In this document: one piece after another, positions 58,709-64,000 of the stretch
Numbering within the stretch: position 1 is the first letter of the stretch
Layout: each line of letters starts with the position of its first letter
DNA from: Octopus sinensis
Taxonomy: Eukaryota
Length of the DNA: 64,000 nucleotides
NCBI RefSeq assembly: GCF_006345805.1
Contig: NW_021836295.1
Location: 1,965-65,964, forward strand
Reading direction: 5' to 3'
Program-made: the position numbers and the translations under genes
The notes under the pieces: generated by a model
Told to the model about the DNA's origin: nothing
Databases searched by the model: none
Seen by the model: the letters and a program-made list of their open reading frames with translations, nothing else

Positions 58709-58952
58709 CTGCTTACCAGTATATATACTATATGTAGGTAAATATATATATTGCTATGAATCAGAGTAGAGCGATTTTTCTATAAACCAGGAGGTGATGC
58801 ACAAGGGAGCTCTGTTACTCTAGATGATATTCTTAGACGATGAGCAAAGGCAGACGTTCTTCAGAGATATTTGTGTGTGTATATATATACACACACATAC
58901 ATAATTATATACATACATATATATATGTGTGTATGTATGTATATATATATAT

Positions 58953-58999
<47 letters not shown>

Positions 59000-59158
59000 A
59001 TATATATTATATATATATATGTATACATATTACGTGTATTAATATATCTTTTGTATAAAAATACAGACGTGTACGTAGATAATTATATATACAAAAATAT
59101 GGATAGATGGATAGATATAGATAGATACACAGACAGATATACATGCATACATACGCAC

Positions 59159-59196
<38 letters not shown>

Positions 59197-60176
59197 TATA
59201 TATATAAACCAGCTTAGAGAAGAAGAAGAAACGAAACGAAACGAAACGAATCGAATCGAATCGACGCGAGGGCGCTCAGTCATACAATAGTGTAGTAAAT
59301 AAAATATATGCATACGTACAAACATATATGTACGTACCTACATCTACATGTATATATACATGCATATATAATATATATACGTGTGTACAGGACACCACAA
59401 ATAGACGTAGAACTCAACGAGAAACGAAAAAGTAAAAACAGCATGGAACGGACCATTTTTTTAACAACAAAACAAAACAGAGTACAAGACAACTACACAA
59501 AGAAAAATCCCCTTCATCAGCTGTCCCTAGTTCAACTCCAGCGTGTTTCGAAGGTGAGGACAGAACACGTCTCGTCGAACTAATCCTTCCTGCGAAAGAA
59601 TTAAATAAAATTCCTTTGCAGAGGGGTAAAAACAAGGAAAAAAATGTGACAAAAACAGGACGTAAAAACAATACAATTAAAAACAAATACAAAATAAAAA
59701 TACAATTACAAAAAATACAGTACAAGAAGGAATAGAAACAGGACAGGAAAACAAATAATGAGGGCCTATAAGCCTAGACGAGGAAAAAAATTTTTTTCAC
59801 GAGCGCAGGAAGAAACATGTTTACTTGAAGAAGGCCGCCAGCGAAAGGAAGTTCGTCGACCCGGCTGTGAGAGAGATGAGGAGGAGTGAGAGAGTATATA
59901 TATATAGTTAATCCAAACATGAAAACGCAAAGAGAAAACACAACACGAGGACGTGGAACAAGTATAGTGTTATTGGACGCTCAGGAAAAGAAAGAAAGAA
60001 GGAGGTTCTAGCGGAGCTCTTCGTCAGAAACATAGAAAAAAGAAAGGTCCAAGGAAGGGAAAACGGAGAAAGAAAATCGCCAACGATACACACGCGATCA
60101 CAGACAAATATATAATTTGTTCGTTCAATTACTATTATTTTTATATCTATATCTATAACAGATTATTGTTATCGCT

Positions 60177-60257
<81 letters not shown>

Positions 60258-60520
60258 CCAGCAGCAGCAGCAGCAACAACACGACGAGGAGAGAACTTTA
60301 TTATTCGTTACTGCCTTTGTCTTTGGTGCATATCTTTATGTCACCAATAATCCTTAACGTAAAGACACTCAAACACAACACACGAGTGTTATATAAGTCT
60401 ACGATGTACACCAATAATGTTAGTAATGATAGATCATAGCAGGAATAACATTTGAAAATATAGATGGTAATAATAATAATTAGAAATACCACATTGCTAT
60501 TATTATTATTATTATTATTT

Positions 60521-60803
60521 TTCGCTGTATTTCAAAGAAAAAGGTAATGTAAAAGGAGAAGAAGGTGACTCTCTACACCCCCTTTTTTGAACCAGGCTCC
60601 CGTGGCTTTTGTAGGGGTTTTTTCCACCGGGAAACATTTCGAACGTCTCCCCATTTTGGGAGTTTTCCGTTTTTAATATCATTGCTTTAAAAGTTTTTTA
60701 CATGGATTTTTTTAACAAACGGACAAAACCCTTTGTAACCTTTCGTCCTGTCTTGTCCCTTATGTAATCATGCGTGTCAGCCCTTGTGGCCAATAAAAAA
60801 GAA
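60521..60803 (+). mobile_element. Diverged Tx1-related 3' fragment flanked by (ATT)n
   Basis: CCAGGCTCCCGTGGCTTTTGTAGG..TTTCCACCGGGAAAC and terminal CAGCCCTTGTGGCCAATAAA resemble the 3' UTR of copies A-D. Confidence 0.6.
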
Positions 60804-61114
60804 TTGATTATTATTATTATTATTTATTATTTATTATTTCACTAGAAAGAACGTTATAAATACAAACATTGTCGTTGTGGTTTCTTTATTTAGTATGTGT
60901 ATTTATAGATGCATATGTGTATTTTATGCGTGCGTGTGTGTGTAAATGTGTGTGTGTATCACAATATATATATATATATATACATACACACATACATATA
61001 TATACATATATATATATATGTGTGTGTGTGTATATATATGTACTATATATATATGTGTATATATATGTATATATATATATAGTATATATATATATAGGTA
61101 TATATATGTGTATG

Positions 61115-61145
<31 letters not shown>

Positions 61146-61421
61146 GTATATATATGTGTATGTATATATGTGTATGTATATATATATATATATAGTATAT
61201 ATATATATATATATATATACATACATATACATATATACATGTACATATTATATATACATATATATATTCACATATACATAGTTTTATACACACACTAAAA
61301 CACACACACACACTACAAACGTAGCTGCACTCCGTACTATCAAAACCGATGAACACACGTTTGTTTGTGTGTGTGTGTCTGTGTATGTGTCTGTGTATGT
61401 GTATGTGTGAGTAGGTGTGCA

Positions 61422-61480
<59 letters not shown>

Positions 61481-62021
61481 TGAGGGACAGACAGACAGAG
61501 AGACAGACAGAGACAGAGACAGACAGACAGAGACAGAGAGAGAAAAAAGAGTGAGAGAGAAAGCAACAGAGACAGACAGACAGTCAGACAAACAGACAGA
61601 GAGAGGTAAAGAGAGAAGCGCCAGATAAAAATATAATAGATTTTATAGATAATTTAGTACTATTTATCGAAACTTAGTACAGATCTTAGATCTACTCACG
61701 AACAATGAAAGAAACCGTACATATATGACAAAATATGAGCAATATGAAGTTATAAATGGTAAACGTAGTATATTTTGTATTAAGTATTAAATGTTACAGA
61801 GATCAAAAGCTTGAATGATGATGGTGATAGATTTTGAGAACAGAGAAGACAGTAAAGATGATAAACAAGATCTTCCTATTGATGTGACATTTGAATTAAT
61901 ACTCTTATATTGTGAACAAAACTATGGTTGTTATTAACGTGATGACAACGTAGATATCAAAGCTGAATGAAGGGGATGAATTCTATGAATATATGCATTT
62001 ATTAATATATATATATGTATG

Positions 62022-62067
<46 letters not shown>

Positions 62068-62227
62068 TTATATTTATATTTGTATATGTATGTAGGTATA
62101 TGAAAGCATTCTGTATTATTTTGAAATAATGCTGCTTCCATCGCTAATAAAGAATTCATTATGCATGAATTTATATATATATATATATTATATATATATA
62201 TATATTATAATATATATATATACATAG

Positions 62228-62266
<39 letters not shown>

Positions 62267-62453
62267 ATAGATAGATAGATAGATGATATACATACATACT
62301 TACATACATACATACATATAAACATATAAACATACATACTTACGTGTATATATGCACGGACGAAGACATAAATATCTATATAGATAGGTAATATATATAT
62401 ATATATATACATATATTTTTATTTACATATATACGTATATATAGATAGATAGT

Positions 62454-62499
<46 letters not shown>

Positions 62500-63149
62500 T
62501 ATAGATAGATAGAAAGATAGATAGATAGATAGATAGATTGAGAGATAGAGAGATAGAGATATATATACATACATACAAACATACATACGTGTATATATGC
62601 ACGGACGAATACATATAAATATGTATATAAATAGATATATTTATACATATATATTTATTTACATATATACGTATGCATGTATGTATGCATGTATGTGTGT
62701 ATGTATGTATGTATGTATGTACGCGTATGTGTGTGTAAAAGGATAAAAATCAGATGCATGTATCTATATATATGTGTGTGTGTGTGTGTGTATTATGTAT
62801 GTATATAATGATATTGATATTGGTATTGATATTGATATTGATGTAATTTATCAATAGGCAATAAAATAAAATCAATCAATATAAGGAAGCCATTTCAACG
62901 AGCACGGCGATAAATCTAAGCAACCCGTCAACTGAAATCTAACTTCATCTACGAACATAAATGATTGTGGTGCTAGCAACACCGTGGAGGGAAAACGTTC
63001 ACGTACAAGCCACGCAGTTCTAGGTTCGATTATTATATGAATATGTACTCGTTTCTGTTTGAAGTTTAAAATATAACTTTTAGCCAATGGTTTACTATTG
63101 TTTCAGAACTTTAATGTGACCAATAGTACATCATGTCTATAGACATTAC

Positions 63150-63515
63150 TCTTGTTTACTCTTTTACTTGTTTCAGTCATTTAGTCGAGCAAATCGACCC
63201 CAGGACTTATTCTTTGTAAGCATAGTACTTATACTATCGGTCTCTTTTGCCGAACCGCTAAGTTACGGGGACGTAAACACACCAACATCGGTTGTCAAGC
63301 GATGTTGGGGGAACAAACACAGACACACAAACACATACACTTACACACACACACACACATATATACGACGGGCTTCTTTCAGTTTCCGTCTACCAAATCC
63401 ACTCACAACGCTTTGGTCGGCCCGAGGCTATAGTAGAATTCACTTTCCTAAGATGCCACGCAGTGGGACTGGACCGGGAACTATGTGGCTGGTAAGCTAC
63501 TTACCACACAGTCAT
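63150..63515 (-). mobile_element. SINE S1
   Basis: Same consensus; a partial plus-strand tail follows at about 63810-63980. Confidence 0.8.
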
Positions 63516-64000
63516 TCTGACACCTATACATTGATGATAATGAGGATTTATCATCTGTACTTTCATAAATGATTTGCCCTCATCTTTCCCGCCCAAACTA
63601 ATGCCTTGTCGGCAAAATTCTTTGGGTGGCAGGTGATGACCTCTTCCTGCGCCACTGCGAGAATTAGTCATGCCGGTAGGCCGCGCCAGTGCCCCTCTTG
63701 TACGCCCAGAGTAATGCCTTGTGTGTGTATGTGTGCGTGTACGTGCGTGTGTGTGCGTAAATGTGTATCTTTGTGTCTGCATTTTTCCTCTCCTACCTCT
63801 TGATAACAGGTGGTGGCGTATTTATTTTCCTCTAATCAAGCGGTTTGGCAAAAGGTACCGATAGAATAAGTACCAGGTTTTAAAAATAAGTACTAGGATC
63901 GATTTGTTCGGCTAAAATTCAGGCGGTGCCCTAGAATGCGTGCAGTTTAATAACTGAAACAAGTAAAAGATAAAGATATACATAGTATGGATGACTGTGT

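Noticed and set aside
59505-59570. Complete hammerhead ribozyme (minus-strand GAAAC..CTGATGA)
   Set aside because: Stems I and III cannot be paired convincingly.

Overview
Eukaryotic, repeat-dominated DNA, very probably an octopus/coleoid cephalopod (inferred from SINE families and extreme microsatellite density; not verifiable here). No intact protein-coding gene, rRNA, true tRNA or CRISPR array is visible, and nearly all ORF-track entries are microsatellite translations. The only clearly recognisable protein is a decayed L1/Tx1-clade non-LTR retrotransposon ORF2 (APE endonuclease, RT with YADD, C-terminal CxxC/HxxxxC finger) at 47345-51144 (-). Three further 5'-truncated copies occur (3579-3940, 31741-32760, 46554-47315). 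All four are on the minus strand, lack a poly(A) tail and abut (GATA)n microsatellite at four different 5' breakpoints, pointing to a (GATA)n/(TCTA)n target-specific Tx1 family. A diverged sister fragment at 60521-60803 is instead flanked by (ATT)n. The most multimerised SINE family in the window shares its 3' ~42 nt with the Tx1 3' end (35/42 by hand alignment), suggesting a SINE-Tx1 partnership, and it forms head-to-tail arrays with recurrent junctions. Also present: several tRNA-derived SINE families, long fold-back elements (some carrying the 3' half of a Penelope-type hammerhead motif), a piggyBac-like MITE, and a few candidate + strand exons of an unidentified host gene.
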